From Wigglesworthia glossinidia endosymbiont of Glossina brevipalpis (GTDB taxonomy: Bacteria > Pseudomonadota > Gammaproteobacteria > Enterobacterales > Enterobacteriaceae): a DNA stretch of 32,000 bases. Below are positions 1 through 9,581 of this stretch, one piece after another; position 1 is the stretch's first letter; each line of letters starts with the position of its first letter. Made by a program: the position numbers and the translations under genes. Location: assembly GCA_000008885.1 (NCBI GenBank), contig BA000021.3, positions 60,001 through 92,000 of the forward strand, in the 5' to 3' direction. The notes under the pieces were generated by a model, which made no database searches, was not told the DNA's origin, and saw only the letters and a list, made by a program, of their open reading frames with translations.

Positions 1-384
1 ATTTTCTATAAATTCAAAAATTTTATTTAAATTAATATTTTTTTTATCAAAATTAAATTTTTTATTTTCTTTTATATTTTTATCAAAAAATTTTGATTTA
101 TCAATAAATTTAATGAATTCATAAAAATCATATTTAATATCATCAGATATATCATTTATCTCTTTATATCCTTCTAATTTGTTTTGAGCATTTTTATCCA
201 TTTCATTTTTTTTAAAAATTGTTTCTATTTTATATTTTAATTCATCAATTGAATTTAAATTTTCTGATTTAATTAAAATATTATTTAAAATATTTAAAAA
301 ATTTGAATCAAAAAATAAATTATTATTATATTGAAATTCATTTTTCACATTATTTTGATAATTATCATCGTCAATGAGTATCAC
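1..384 (-). CDS. fliK: Putative flagellar hook-length control protein FliK, N-terminal part; the 3' end lies beyond the left edge of the window
   Basis: My hand translation of the minus strand is open from 387 down to 1 (about 128 codons, no stops), which is unlikely by chance at this AT content. A GTG at 384-382 overlaps the fliJ TGA stop (383-381) as GTGA. It sits directly downstream of fliJ as in the E. coli fliFGHIJK operon. The product call rests on synteny only, because the N-terminus is not recognisably conserved. The gene is absent from the ORF track because it runs off the window. Confidence 0.4.
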   Translation of the reverse strand, partial: MILIDDDNYQNNVKNEFQYNNNLFFDSNFLNILNNILIKSENLNSIDELKYKIETIFKKNEMDKNAQNKLEGYKEINDISDDIKYDFYEFIKFIDKSKFFDKNIKENKKFNFDKKNINLNKIFEFIEN

Positions 385-833
385 GATTTAATGCCTCTTA
401 TGTACATTTTTGAAGATATTTCATCCATTTGTTTTTGTAAAATACGATTTTTCAAAGTACGTTTATTTATTTTATGTCTAATTTTTAATATATCAAATGC
501 ATTTAATTTTTTTTTCTCTTTTTTCCAATTATTTAATTCTATATTTAATTTTATTTTACTTTTTTTTACTTGTTCTTTATGATGATTTATTAAATTATAT
601 AAACATGTAATAAAAGATTGGTAATTAGTCCAAACATTAATATCTATAGATCTTATTTTCATTTTTTTTTTCAAAAAATTTCTATATTCTCTTTCGTAAT
701 ATATTATTTTATTTAATTTTTCTAATTCTAATTGATATATAAATCTAGCTTTTTTCAATTTATACGATGATTTAATAAAATATAAATTAGAATATTTATT
801 TAAAATATTAATAGTAAATTCTGAAGTAACCAT
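381..833 (-). CDS. fliJ: Flagellar export protein FliJ
   Basis: The 150 aa length matches E. coli FliJ (147 aa). Recognisable similarity includes YEREYRNFL vs YQNEYRNNL, WTNYQSFI vs WINYQQFI and NNWKKEKKKLNAF vs NSWREKKQRLQAW. It lies between fliI and fliK. Confidence 0.85.
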   Translation of the reverse strand: MVTSEFTINILNKYSNLYFIKSSYKLKKARFIYQLELEKLNKIIYYEREYRNFLKKKMKIRSIDINVWTNYQSFITCLYNLINHHKEQVKKSKIKLNIELNNWKKEKKKLNAFDILKIRHKINKRTLKNRILQKQMDEISSKMYIRGIKS

Positions 834-837
834 ATGT

Positions 838-2214
838 TTATATGTTAAAGTTATTAGAGCACAAATTATTTAACTGTAAGCATGATTCTTCATATGAACA
901 ACTTTGGTTCAAATCCTGTTTTAGATACTTTTCTATTTTAGGATAATTTTTTATTGCTATATCTAAAATCGGATCGCTACCAGAAGAATATGCTCCAACT
1001 GATAATAAATCTCTATTTTTTTGATAACTAGAAATTAACTGTTTTACTTTTTGTACGCACTTAAAATGACTTTCTGTTACTATATTAGACATAGTTCTAC
1101 TTATAGAAGATTCTATATCTATAGAAGGATAATGACCTGATTCTGATAAAAATCTAGACAAAACTATATGACCGTCTAAAATTGATCTAGAAGAATCTGC
1201 AATAGGATCTTGTTGATCATCTCCTTCAGTTAATACAGTGTAAAAAGCTGTGATTGATCCTTTATTATCTGTTCCATTTCCTGTTCTTTCTACTAATTCT
1301 GATAATTTTGCAAATACAGAAGGAGGATACCCTTTTGTTGCTGGAGGTTCCCCTATTGCTAAACTTATTTCCCTTTGAGCCATTGCATATCTAGTTAAAG
1401 AATCCATTATTAAAAGCACATGCTTGCCTTTATCTCTAAAATATTCTGCGATTCTAGTTGCATAAATAGCTCCTTGTATTCTCAACATAGGCGAAACATC
1501 TGCAGGAGCAGCTATTACTACAGATCTAGATATTCCTTTTTCTCCAAGAATATTTTCAATAAAATCTTTTACTTCTCTTCCTCGTTCTCCAATTAGGCCT
1601 ACCACTATAATATCTGCTTTAGTGTATTTTGCCATCATTCCTAAAAGGATACTTTTTCCTACTCCAGACCCAGAAAAAATACCCATTCTTTGCCCTATTC
1701 CTACTGTTAATAATCCATTTATTGCTCTTACCCCTACGTCTAAAACTTTTTTTATAGGATCTCTCAACAAAGGATTTATTGGTTTTGTATATAAAGATTT
1801 TTTTTTATATGTTTTAGGAACAGGTAATTTATCTAAAAATTTTCCTGAGCTGTTTAAAACTCTTCCCAACAAAGAATATCCAATTGGTAATAGTCTAGTA
1901 GATATTTTACTATTGTATAAATCTTGAGAATGTACTCTTGCTCCTGGACATATTCCATCTACTCCTTCTAAAGGCATTAAAAACAAATTTTGACCATTAA
2001 ATCCAACAACTTCACATTCAATATTCGTAATTGAATTTTCTTCTTTTTTTTCAATAAAACATGTAGATCCAATTGGTAATTGCAGTCCTATTGCTTCCAT
2101 AACCATTCCAGTTGCTCTTACTAATTTACCATATTGAAAATAATCTGGAATATCATAAATTAAACTTTCCTTATGATTTATTTTATCAATCCATCTTTTT
2201 AATTGTAAAGTCAT
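838..2214 (-). CDS. fliI: Flagellum-specific ATPase FliI
   Basis: A 458 aa protein with Walker A GSGVGKS and an F1/T3SS-ATPase-like core ([22 protein letters not shown]). Its ATG (2214-2212) overlaps the fliH TGA stop (2213-2211) as ATGA. Confidence 0.97.
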   Translation of the reverse strand: MTLQLKRWIDKINHKESLIYDIPDYFQYGKLVRATGMVMEAIGLQLPIGSTCFIEKKEENSITNIECEVVGFNGQNLFLMPLEGVDGICPGARVHSQDLYNSKISTRLLPIGYSLLGRVLNSSGKFLDKLPVPKTYKKKSLYTKPINPLLRDPIKKVLDVGVRAINGLLTVGIGQRMGIFSGSGVGKSILLGMMAKYTKADIIVVGLIGERGREVKDFIENILGEKGISRSVVIAAPADVSPMLRIQGAIYATRIAEYFRDKGKHVLLIMDSLTRYAMAQREISLAIGEPPATKGYPPSVFAKLSELVERTGNGTDNKGSITAFYTVLTEGDDQQDPIADSSRSILDGHIVLSRFLSESGHYPSIDIESSISRTMSNIVTESHFKCVQKVKQLISSYQKNRDLLSVGAYSSGSDPILDIAIKNYPKIEKYLKQDLNQSCSYEESCLQLNNLCSNNFNI

Positions 2215-2870
2215 GTAGTATTATCTTCTTTTAAAATTTGACAAATTTTTTTCCATCTAGATTCAAGAGTAGCATCTATCTCTCCATTTTCAGACATAAT
2301 TCGCAATCCACCTCTAAGTAATTGACTATCTCCTAAAATTCGCCATCCTTGATCTTTTAAAGTATCACCTAAATTATTTTTTAAAACATTTATGTCGTCC
2401 GGATGCACATATATACTCAAATTATTACCTAAAAAATTTTTATTATGTAATAATTTTTGTGTTTCTTTTAAAATAACTTTAGTATTGCATAATGGGGATT
2501 GCTTAATAATTTTTTCTGATATTTTTATTGCAATTTGCATGATTTTTGATGGGATAACAGAATCTAATCCTATCAAACTTGACTTTAATTCAACAAGAAA
2601 TTTTTCTATTTGTAAAATTTTTTTTTTCTTTTCATTTTTTATTTCTATCAAGCCTTTTTCAAAACCTTTTTTGTATCCAATTTCTTTTCCTTCTTTATAT
2701 CCAGACTCAAAACCAATTTTTTCATAATTTAAATTTTCATCTTTTTGTTGTTTTTCTTTATCATCTTTAATTTTTATATTTTTTTTGATTTCTAATTTAT
2801 TAGAACAAGATTTTCCGAAATCTATTAGCGTCAATTTTGACCAATTAAATTTATTTAAGTGATCAGACAT
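2211..2870 (-). CDS. fliH: Flagellar assembly protein FliH
   Basis: The C-terminal region resembles E. coli FliH ([19 protein letters not shown]). I prefer the start at 2870 because [10 protein letters not shown] aligns with the E. coli N-terminus MSDNLPWKTW. The ORF track's upstream ATG at 2882 would add 4 residues. Confidence 0.85.
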   Translation of the reverse strand: MSDHLNKFNWSKLTLIDFGKSCSNKLEIKKNIKIKDDKEKQQKDENLNYEKIGFESGYKEGKEIGYKKGFEKGLIEIKNEKKKKILQIEKFLVELKSSLIGLDSVIPSKIMQIAIKISEKIIKQSPLCNTKVILKETQKLLHNKNFLGNNLSIYVHPDDINVLKNNLGDTLKDQGWRILGDSQLLRGGLRIMSENGEIDATLESRWKKICQILKEDNTT

Positions 2871-3849
2871 AGCTTTCTCCATCTTGATTTATTGATATTT
2901 CATCTGAATCAGATAATTTTCTTATTATTTCTAATATTTTTTTTCTTTCTGACTCTACTCGTGATATTTTTACTGGTTTGCTTAAATTCAAATCTTCTCT
3001 TAAAATTTCTGCTTGACGTTGAGACATATTATTTAATAATTTATCTATTAGTTCTTTTTTGCAACCTTTTAATGCAATTATTAAAGAATCATTCTCTACT
3101 TCTCTTAATATACGCTGCAAACTTTGATCATCTAAAGATTGTAAGTTATCAAATATAAACATTTTTTTAACTATCTTTTCTGTAAGATCTTTATCTATTT
3201 TCCTCATAGATTCAATAGTTTTTTCTTGTCTAGATTGCATGTAATTTAATATATCTGCTGCTGGTTTTATACCTCCTTGATTTCCTTGATATGTACTGCT
3301 ATTATAAATTAAATCATTTAATGATAGTGTTAATTCTTTCATTATAGACGGAGTTAATTTAGATAAATTTGCTATTCTTATTATTATATCTCTACAAATA
3401 TCTTCATCAAATTTAGATAAAACTTCAGCTGCTATATTTCTTTTTAACAAAGACAAAGTTACAGATATTATTTGTGGATGTTCATCTTTTATGATAGAAA
3501 AAATAATATCTGAACTCATATTTTTTAATGCGTCTATTCCATTATAATTTTTAGACCCTTTAAAATTAATATCTTCTAGAATTAGAATAGCTTTGTCTTC
3601 TCCAAACGCATTACTTAAAGTTAACTTTAAATAATCATAACATTCTATTTCCGGACTAATAAAATTTTCTGCGTCATTGTGAAAATTATCTAAAACTAAT
3701 TTCAGATCAGATTTAGAATAAATACCCAATTTGATTATTTTTTTACTAATAAATTCTATCTCTTCGTTAGTTAGGTGCTTAAAAACTGAAGAAGCTCTTT
3801 TTTCTCCAAGAGCTAGCATAATAATTGCGCTTTTTTTGTTTGCATTCAT
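2863..3849 (-). CDS. fliG: Flagellar motor switch protein FliG
   Basis: Strong similarity to E. coli FliG (DEHPQII, MFIFDNL, LQRILREV, LIIALKG, NMSQRQAEILREDL). I prefer the start at 3849 because ATG 3849-3847 overlaps the fliF TGA 3848-3846 as ATGA, and MNANKKSAIIML aligns with the E. coli N-terminus. The track's ATG at 3876 is 9 codons upstream. Confidence 0.95.
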   Translation of the reverse strand: MNANKKSAIIMLALGEKRASSVFKHLTNEEIEFISKKIIKLGIYSKSDLKLVLDNFHNDAENFISPEIECYDYLKLTLSNAFGEDKAILILEDINFKGSKNYNGIDALKNMSSDIIFSIIKDEHPQIISVTLSLLKRNIAAEVLSKFDEDICRDIIIRIANLSKLTPSIMKELTLSLNDLIYNSSTYQGNQGGIKPAADILNYMQSRQEKTIESMRKIDKDLTEKIVKKMFIFDNLQSLDDQSLQRILREVENDSLIIALKGCKKELIDKLLNNMSQRQAEILREDLNLSKPVKISRVESERKKILEIIRKLSDSDEISINQDGESYV

Positions 3850-5555
3850 AATATATTTTGTTCTTTTTTTATCCACTGACTTATAATTTTTGCAACTAAT
3901 TTTGGTTGTTTGTCAGCAATTTCTTGTAATTTTTTAATACTGTTTTCTGTATATATAGAAATATTTTCTTCTTCATTAATTTTTTTATTTATTTCATTAT
4001 TTTTTTCATTTACAATTGAATTGTTTTTTTCTTGAAAAGATTTTTTATCAATTTTATTTTTTAATTGATTTTGTTCGCTTGTTTTCCATATTTTAATAAA
4101 TTTATTAATAAATAGCCACATTAATGCAAAAGACAAAATATATTTTATTAAGCTTATAAAGATATTTTGTATTCTAATATTTTCCCAAAAAGGTATATTG
4201 AAAATTTCATCTTTTTTATTTACAAAATTTGCATTAACAACATCAAGTGTATCATTTCTTTCTTCTGAATATCCCATTACTTCTTTAATTAAAGAAGTTA
4301 TTTCTTGCATTTCTTTTTCTTCAAAATTAATTTGATTGCCCTTTTGGTCTTCTTTTTTATTTATAACAACTGCAACAGATAATCTTTTTAAAATACCTGT
4401 AGAAAATTTGCTATGAGTTAAAGTACGATCTATTTCATAATTTATAATTTTTTCTTTTTGAACATTATTTGGTTTCTCGACTTTTGAACTTGAATTATTT
4501 TTTTTATCAATTTCTTTTTCGCTTTCAGCGTCTTTATCTATTTCTTCATTTTCTTCATCAATATTTGCAGATGAAACTTGAGATGGTTGATTGCTCAGCG
4601 CTCCAGGAACTCCTTCTGCTACTTGTGAAAAATTATTATTTTCTGTTATTTGTTGACTTCTTATAGACATTTCATTCGGATTAGTATTAGGTTTGTGTTT
4701 TTCTGATGTTTGTTCTGTTTTAGTGAAATCTATTTGAGCAGTAACTTCAGCTTTTACATTATTAAATCCTACTATTGGAATAAGAATTTCTTCGATTCTT
4801 CTACGATACTCAAGCTCAATATCTTTAATATATTGTAATTGTGTAATATTTTTATCGTCGTTGTTATTATCTGGATAAGCTAATAGTTTTCCATAATTAT
4901 CAACTAAAACTATATTACTTACAGGTAGATTTGGAACTGTTCCCGATACTAACCATCTAATTGCTTGAATCTCATTTTTATCTAAAGTTCTTCCTGCATG
5001 TAAACCTAATGTTATAGAAGCACTGGATGGCTTATTATCTCTTATAAATACTGAGCTTTTTGGAATTGCAATATGAACACGAGCAGATTTAATAGAATTT
5101 ATTGTTTCTATAGTACGTGCTATTTCTCCTTCTAAAGCTCTTTGATAATTAATATTTTCGTTAAATTGACTAATTCCAAAACTAGAATTATCCAATATCT
5201 CAAATCCAATTGATCCTCCTTTTGGTAAATTTTTTTGAGCTAGCAAAAACCTAGTTTCATATATTTTATCTTCTGGAACCATTATAGATCCATTGTTTTT
5301 AGAAAATTTATAAGGAATGTTTAAAGTAGATAGTTCTGAAATTATGTCTCCACTGTCTTGATCACTAATGTTAGTATAAAGTACTTGATAATTAGAAGAT
5401 TGCAACCAAGTTATTAGTACTATAGATAAAGCTATCCCTATAACTCCAAAAGATAAAAGTAAATATTTTGGGTTATAAAATATTTTTTTTAAAACACTTA
5501 TTAAGTATTCGGCAGGTTTAGACCTTATCCCTGCAGATAAAACGTTCATTAACAA
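3846..5555 (-). CDS. fliF: Flagellar MS-ring protein FliF
   Basis: A 569 aa protein with an N-terminal TM segment followed by a conserved periplasmic domain (LYTNISDQDSGDIISEL, YQRALEGEIARTI, ARVHIAIPK), a low-complexity acidic insert and a C-terminal TM. It is the first gene of the fliF-K operon, divergent from fliE. Confidence 0.95.
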   Translation of the reverse strand: MLMNVLSAGIRSKPAEYLISVLKKIFYNPKYLLLSFGVIGIALSIVLITWLQSSNYQVLYTNISDQDSGDIISELSTLNIPYKFSKNNGSIMVPEDKIYETRFLLAQKNLPKGGSIGFEILDNSSFGISQFNENINYQRALEGEIARTIETINSIKSARVHIAIPKSSVFIRDNKPSSASITLGLHAGRTLDKNEIQAIRWLVSGTVPNLPVSNIVLVDNYGKLLAYPDNNNDDKNITQLQYIKDIELEYRRRIEEILIPIVGFNNVKAEVTAQIDFTKTEQTSEKHKPNTNPNEMSIRSQQITENNNFSQVAEGVPGALSNQPSQVSSANIDEENEEIDKDAESEKEIDKKNNSSSKVEKPNNVQKEKIINYEIDRTLTHSKFSTGILKRLSVAVVINKKEDQKGNQINFEEKEMQEITSLIKEVMGYSEERNDTLDVVNANFVNKKDEIFNIPFWENIRIQNIFISLIKYILSFALMWLFINKFIKIWKTSEQNQLKNKIDKKSFQEKNNSIVNEKNNEINKKINEEENISIYTENSIKKLQEIADKQPKLVAKIISQWIKKEQNIL

Positions 5556-5796
5556 TTCCTGAAGTTGTAAAATTAATTAAAAGAAGAAGAGAACTAAAAA
5601 TAAATTATATATTTAAAATTCTTGTTTAGAAAATTTTAATAATTATTTCATAAAAAAATTTTTTTGATAGGAAAAAAAACAAGTTTTTTTAACGTTAATT
5701 TTTTCAATTTAGTTATTATTTAATAAGTTATCATAAGAAAATAATACTTTTGAAAATTTTAAATATATTTTAAAAATTATTTGCAAAGGAAATAAA

Positions 5797-6126
5797 ATGA
5801 ATATTTATTCAAATCAAAATAAAATTTTAGAAAAATTCAATGAAATTAAATTAAATATGAATGTTATTAAAGATTCAAACATTGAAAATTTAAGCAAACA
5901 AAGTGTTGTTTTTTCAGATATTTTTGAAAAAAATATTAAAAAAATAAACTCTAATATAATAAATTCGGAGAATTTATCAAAAGAATTTTTACTTGGAAAG
6001 TCAAATGTTGGAATAAACGAAGTTATGATAGAAATGCAAAAATCAGCTATTTCTTTAAATTTTGGAATTCAAGTAAACAATAAAATTGTAGGTGCTTATC
6101 AAGAAATTATGAATATGTCTATTTGA
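5797..6126 (+). CDS. fliE: Flagellar hook-basal body complex protein FliE
   Basis: A 109 aa protein whose C-terminus NEVMIEMQKSAISLNFGIQVNNKIVGAYQEIMNMSI matches E. coli FliE [36 protein letters not shown]. It is divergent from fliF as in enterics. Confidence 0.9.
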   Translation: MNIYSNQNKILEKFNEIKLNMNVIKDSNIENLSKQSVVFSDIFEKNIKKINSNIINSENLSKEFLLGKSNVGINEVMIEMQKSAISLNFGIQVNNKIVGAYQEIMNMSI

Positions 6127-6159
6127 TTAGAAAATAAAATTTTAATTAATTTAATTACA

Positions 6160-6552
6160 TTATTTTTTTATCTTTTTCCATGCGCTAGAAATATTTTTTA
6201 TAATACAATTTACATGTTTTAGTTTTTCTACATTATTTTCTATGTTTGCTTCTAATAAAGTCTTAATGGAGTACATGTATATAAATTTTAAATCATCAAC
6301 TATAGAAGAATTTATTTTAGAATTTAACGCAGGAATTAATCCTGATTCAATAATAGAAATTGATTTAGAAATTTCTCTACCTTTCATTGGAATATTTTTA
6401 TTTTCTATCCAAAATATAGATTTTTTTAAAGAAATATGTAAATTTTCAAATATTATTTTGATCAATTCATATGGATTAGAAAATAGTATTTTTTCTTCTA
6501 AACAATCTTTATTTATATTATTATATTTTTTTAAAGCATCTAATTCAAACAT
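6160..6552 (-). CDS. fliS: Flagellin-specific export chaperone FliS
   Basis: A 130 aa protein similar to E. coli FliS (ISKSISIIESGL vs LSKAINIIENGL, and the ISSAWKK vs IADAWKE region). It is immediately downstream of fliD. Confidence 0.85.
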   Translation of the reverse strand: MFELDALKKYNNINKDCLEEKILFSNPYELIKIIFENLHISLKKSIFWIENKNIPMKGREISKSISIIESGLIPALNSKINSSIVDDLKFIYMYSIKTLLEANIENNVEKLKHVNCIIKNISSAWKKIKK

Positions 6553-6577
6553 TTTAAATATCCATATATTAAAATTT

Positions 6578-8095
6578 TTAATTTTTATTATTAGAAAATA
6601 AAGCGCTTAATTGCTTTCTAATATAATCTGTCTTACTCATAAATAAATCTAATTTCTTAAATTGTTCTTTGTACATATTTATTTTATTGTATGATAACAT
6701 TTCGCTTTTTTCTATTTCTTTATTTATTATTTTCTTTTGTTTATTAAGATTATTTATTTCGCTAATAATACTTTTATTAGAATTTATCGTTCCTTTTTTG
6801 TATATATTATCTTCAATAAAGCTAGAAATATCACTAATAAAATTACTTTTTAAGAAAAAGTTTCTTAAATTTTTCCAGTTATTTTGCATATTTTTTATTA
6901 ATTTATCGTTATCTAAAATTAGATTTCCATTTTTAGGATTTATTTTAATACCTACATCTTCTATGAAGATTATATTTTTATTTTTATAATCATCAAAATT
7001 TTTTCTTATCAAAAATTTTAATTTATTTGTTATATTATTTAGCAAATAATCTCCTATAAAAGGACCAATGTTGTATAACAATTTGTCATTTCTCTTTTGA
7101 TAAGGAGAAATAGATTTTTCATTTATCTCAAATTCTCTTAATTTATTTGACTCATTAATAAAAAGATTAAAAGATTTTACAAAATCTTTAAAAAATTTTA
7201 AAAATTTTTCTTTATTAAAGTAGAAAGATAAAGTTTCTCCGTCTTCTAAGTTTTTAGAAGATTCTTTTGATGTTTTTTTTAAATTTAAAGTAACATTTTT
7301 TAATACGTCTCTTATAATATTTGTTTTTCTATAATATAAATTATTATCTACTTTTATTATAGAGTTATCAGATCTTTGTATTTCTTCTAATTTAGGTTCG
7401 TTAAAATTTTTATTTTCTTTTTTGTATTCTAGTTTAGATTTTTCATTAACATTTTCGTTATAAGGGAAACATAGCATTCTATTTAGTTTTTCATCTCCTT
7501 CAACATGTATATTAATTTTACCTTCTTCTCCTAATATATTTGAGGTTAATATTAATCTATTTTTGTTTTTTAGTCCTATTTTTTTTATCTCTGCTTTTAT
7601 TTTAGCTCCGGATTGATTTATTGCTTTTTCTATTCCTCTTAATGAGGATTCACTTCTTTTTATTTTTATAACAGTATTATTTTTTAATCCTGGTTTTATT
7701 TCTTTTCCATGAATTATATTAATGTACCTTATCGGTTCTTTATTGCCTAATATTTCATTCATACTTTTAGGTACAGATAACGATAAAACATGCTTCTTAG
7801 CCAATTGTATTACTTTTATTTTATGAGATCCATAAAAATCATTACTTACTGCTTTAAAACATTCATTATCGCTTGATTTGAGAAAGGAAAAAGATTTTTC
7901 TCCTAAATTATTTAATTTATCAGATAAATTTTGTAACAAAAAGTTTATTTTCCCCCATGAACTAATTTTATAACTTATCTTATCTTCTTTTAGCTTTATA
8001 TTATTTATTTTATGGGTTTCTATTTCTTCTATTTTTTTTATTAGCTCTGCTGTAGCTCCTTGAGAGCTTATTCCTAACATAGATATTTCGTTCAT
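6578..8095 (-). CDS. fliD: Flagellar filament capping protein FliD
   Basis: A 505 aa protein. The C-terminus MYKEQFKKLDLFMSKTDYIRKQL matches E. coli FliD RYKEQFTQLDVLMTSLNSTSSYLTQQF, and the N-terminal heptad region is typical. It is divergent from fliC as in E. coli. Confidence 0.85.
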   Translation of the reverse strand: MNEISMLGISSQGATAELIKKIEEIETHKINNIKLKEDKISYKISSWGKINFLLQNLSDKLNNLGEKSFSFLKSSDNECFKAVSNDFYGSHKIKVIQLAKKHVLSLSVPKSMNEILGNKEPIRYINIIHGKEIKPGLKNNTVIKIKRSESSLRGIEKAINQSGAKIKAEIKKIGLKNKNRLILTSNILGEEGKINIHVEGDEKLNRMLCFPYNENVNEKSKLEYKKENKNFNEPKLEEIQRSDNSIIKVDNNLYYRKTNIIRDVLKNVTLNLKKTSKESSKNLEDGETLSFYFNKEKFLKFFKDFVKSFNLFINESNKLREFEINEKSISPYQKRNDKLLYNIGPFIGDYLLNNITNKLKFLIRKNFDDYKNKNIIFIEDVGIKINPKNGNLILDNDKLIKNMQNNWKNLRNFFLKSNFISDISSFIEDNIYKKGTINSNKSIISEINNLNKQKKIINKEIEKSEMLSYNKINMYKEQFKKLDLFMSKTDYIRKQLSALFSNNKN

Positions 8096-8129
8096 ACAAT
8101 ACCTTAATTTAAAACAGTTTAATTTTTAT

Positions 8130-8156
8130 TTATAGGTTAATTTTTATTAAAGATTA
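8130..8156 (-). promoter_or_regulatory. Candidate degenerate sigma28 (FliA) promoter for fliD-fliS
   Basis: The minus strand reads TAATCTTT-N11-ACCTATAA against the consensus TAAAGTTT-N11-GCCGATAA, matching 6/8 and 6/8 with an exact 11-nt spacer. The -10 element ends about 35 nt upstream of the fliD ATG. A/T matches are cheap in this genome, so the call is tentative. Confidence 0.3.
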
Positions 8157-8213
8157 AAAAATGAAAAAATTTTTATATAAAACAAATTTAATTAATCAAT
8201 TATTATATTTTCC

Positions 8214-8240
8214 TAAAGCTTTGCTATTATAGGCCGATAT
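8214..8240 (+). promoter_or_regulatory. Sigma28 (FliA) class 3 promoter of fliC
   Basis: TAAAGCTT (8214-8221), an 11-nt spacer (8222-8232) and GCCGATAT (8233-8240) match the enteric sigma28 consensus TAAAGTTT-N11-GCCGATAA at 7/8 and 7/8. The GCCG core stands out in nearly G/C-free surroundings. The site is 58 nt upstream of the fliC ATG, and an AAGGAG Shine-Dalgarno sits at 8285-8290. Confidence 0.85.
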
Positions 8241-8297
8241 CCCTATCGTAATATAAATAGTTCAATTGGAAATAAATTAAAATAAGGAGCATTTTAC

Positions 8298-9563
8298 ATG
8301 TCTCATGTGATTAACACTAATATTTTATCTATAACTGCACAGAATAACCTTAATAAATCCCAGTCCTATTTAAATACTTCAATCCAAAGGCTATCTTCTG
8401 GATTGAGAATTAATAGTTCTAAAGATGATGCAGCAGGACAAGCTATTAGTAACAGATTTACTTCTTTAATTAATGGACTCGGACAAGCTGCTAGAAACGC
8501 TAATGATGGAATAGCAGTATCTCAAACTGCAGAGGGAGCTATAAACGAAATTAATGAAAATATGCACGCAATTCGTAGACTTACTGTACAGATCAAATCT
8601 ACAGCTTCCGTATCTAAAGCAGATAAAAAATCTATTCAAGATGAAATTAAAAAACGTTTAAGCGAAATTGATAGATTATCAGATCAAACAGAATTTAATG
8701 GAATGAAAATTCTTAGTGAAGATCAAGATCTAGTAGTGCAAATAGGAGCAAATGACGGACAAGTAGTAAGAATTAATTTGTTTAAATTAAATACAGAAGC
8801 TTTAAAAATAAAAAATTTTAATGTTAATTCAGATTCTTTATATTCTTCTGACATTTTAGAAGACGATGTAAAATCTGTAAAAGTTGGAATTGAAATAAAA
8901 AGCACAGTAGATTCTAGCTCTGCAACTAAAAACGAAGTACAACGTCAACTATATGAATCAAAAGGAGAATACTTTTTTAAGCAAGTTAATGGAAATGAAT
9001 ATTATAAAGCATCGGAAATATCTAAAGATGGAGTAGCAACTTATGATTCATCTTCTCCTGCCACATTAGACGAAGCTCCTAAGCTTGCAAAAAAAGCTCA
9101 AATATCAATTGATGTTGACGAAAAATACTTAGGGATCGGAGAAAGCATAAAAGCTTACGTCAAAGACGGTGTACAAAATTACCTTATTTCTTCAGAAGAA
9201 GATGGTGAAAAGGTTTATAGAGAAGCAATTATTAATTCTTCAGGTGAAATTAGAAAAGGATCAGAGTTAAATTTTTCAATGTTTTTAACAATGGATCCAT
9301 TGAAAGAAATAGACAATGCAATTGCTAAAATAGATGATATACGCGGATCTTTAGGAGCCACTCAAAATAGATTAAGTTCTGTAATTAACAGCTTAAGCAC
9401 CACTATAGCAAATCTTACTCAATCAAGATCTAACATATTAGATGCAGATTTTGCAACAGAAGTATCCAATATGAATCGTGCAAATATTTTACAACAAGCC
9501 GGAACAGCCGTTCTAGCCCAAGCAAATGCAGTACCTCAAAATATTTTAGCTTTATTAAGATAA
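8298..9563 (+). CDS. fliC: Flagellin FliC
   Basis: A 421 aa protein. The conserved N-terminal D0/D1 (INTNILSITAQNNLNKSQS...LSSGLRINSSKDDAAGQAISNRF...ARNANDGIAVSQTAEGA) and C-terminal D1/D0 (LGATQNRL...DADFATEVSNMNRANILQQAGTAVLAQANAVPQNILALLR) flank a divergent central domain. Confidence 0.97.
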   Translation: MSHVINTNILSITAQNNLNKSQSYLNTSIQRLSSGLRINSSKDDAAGQAISNRFTSLINGLGQAARNANDGIAVSQTAEGAINEINENMHAIRRLTVQIKSTASVSKADKKSIQDEIKKRLSEIDRLSDQTEFNGMKILSEDQDLVVQIGANDGQVVRINLFKLNTEALKIKNFNVNSDSLYSSDILEDDVKSVKVGIEIKSTVDSSSATKNEVQRQLYESKGEYFFKQVNGNEYYKASEISKDGVATYDSSSPATLDEAPKLAKKAQISIDVDEKYLGIGESIKAYVKDGVQNYLISSEEDGEKVYREAIINSSGEIRKGSELNFSMFLTMDPLKEIDNAIAKIDDIRGSLGATQNRLSSVINSLSTTIANLTQSRSNILDADFATEVSNMNRANILQQAGTAVLAQANAVPQNILALLR

Positions 9564-9581
9564 TATAATTAATAAAAATAT

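Noticed and set aside
331-582. Many ORF-track entries lie antisense to, or out of frame within, recognised genes. Examples are 331-582+, 1622-1927+, 2392-2727+, 2579-2770+, 2859-3158+, 4469-4666+, 6242-6601+, 6669-6989+, 8723-8905-, 10672-10857+, 10996-11187-, 12826-13011+, 14277-14543+, 15075-15380-, 16791-17009-, 18463-18645+, 20355-20567+, 22863-23159+, 24443-24844+, 26996-27181-, 28352-28576- and 30100-30288-.
   Set aside because: Their products are Phe/Leu/Ile-rich low-complexity strings, which is what the reverse complement of Lys/Asn/Ile-rich AT-biased coding sequence produces. Each fully overlaps a gene with clear homology, and none has a recognisable motif or Shine-Dalgarno.
5556-5796. 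I searched the fliF / fliE divergent spacer for a sigma28 motif or an FlhDC box. I noted AAAAAAAAC-AA-GTTTTTTT near 5672-5690 and AACGTTAATT near 5691-5700.
   Set aside because: No GCCGATAA-like element is present, which is consistent with class 2 rather than class 3 control. The A8C/GT7 palindrome is a homopolymer artefact. I cannot match the bipartite FlhDC consensus convincingly by eye.
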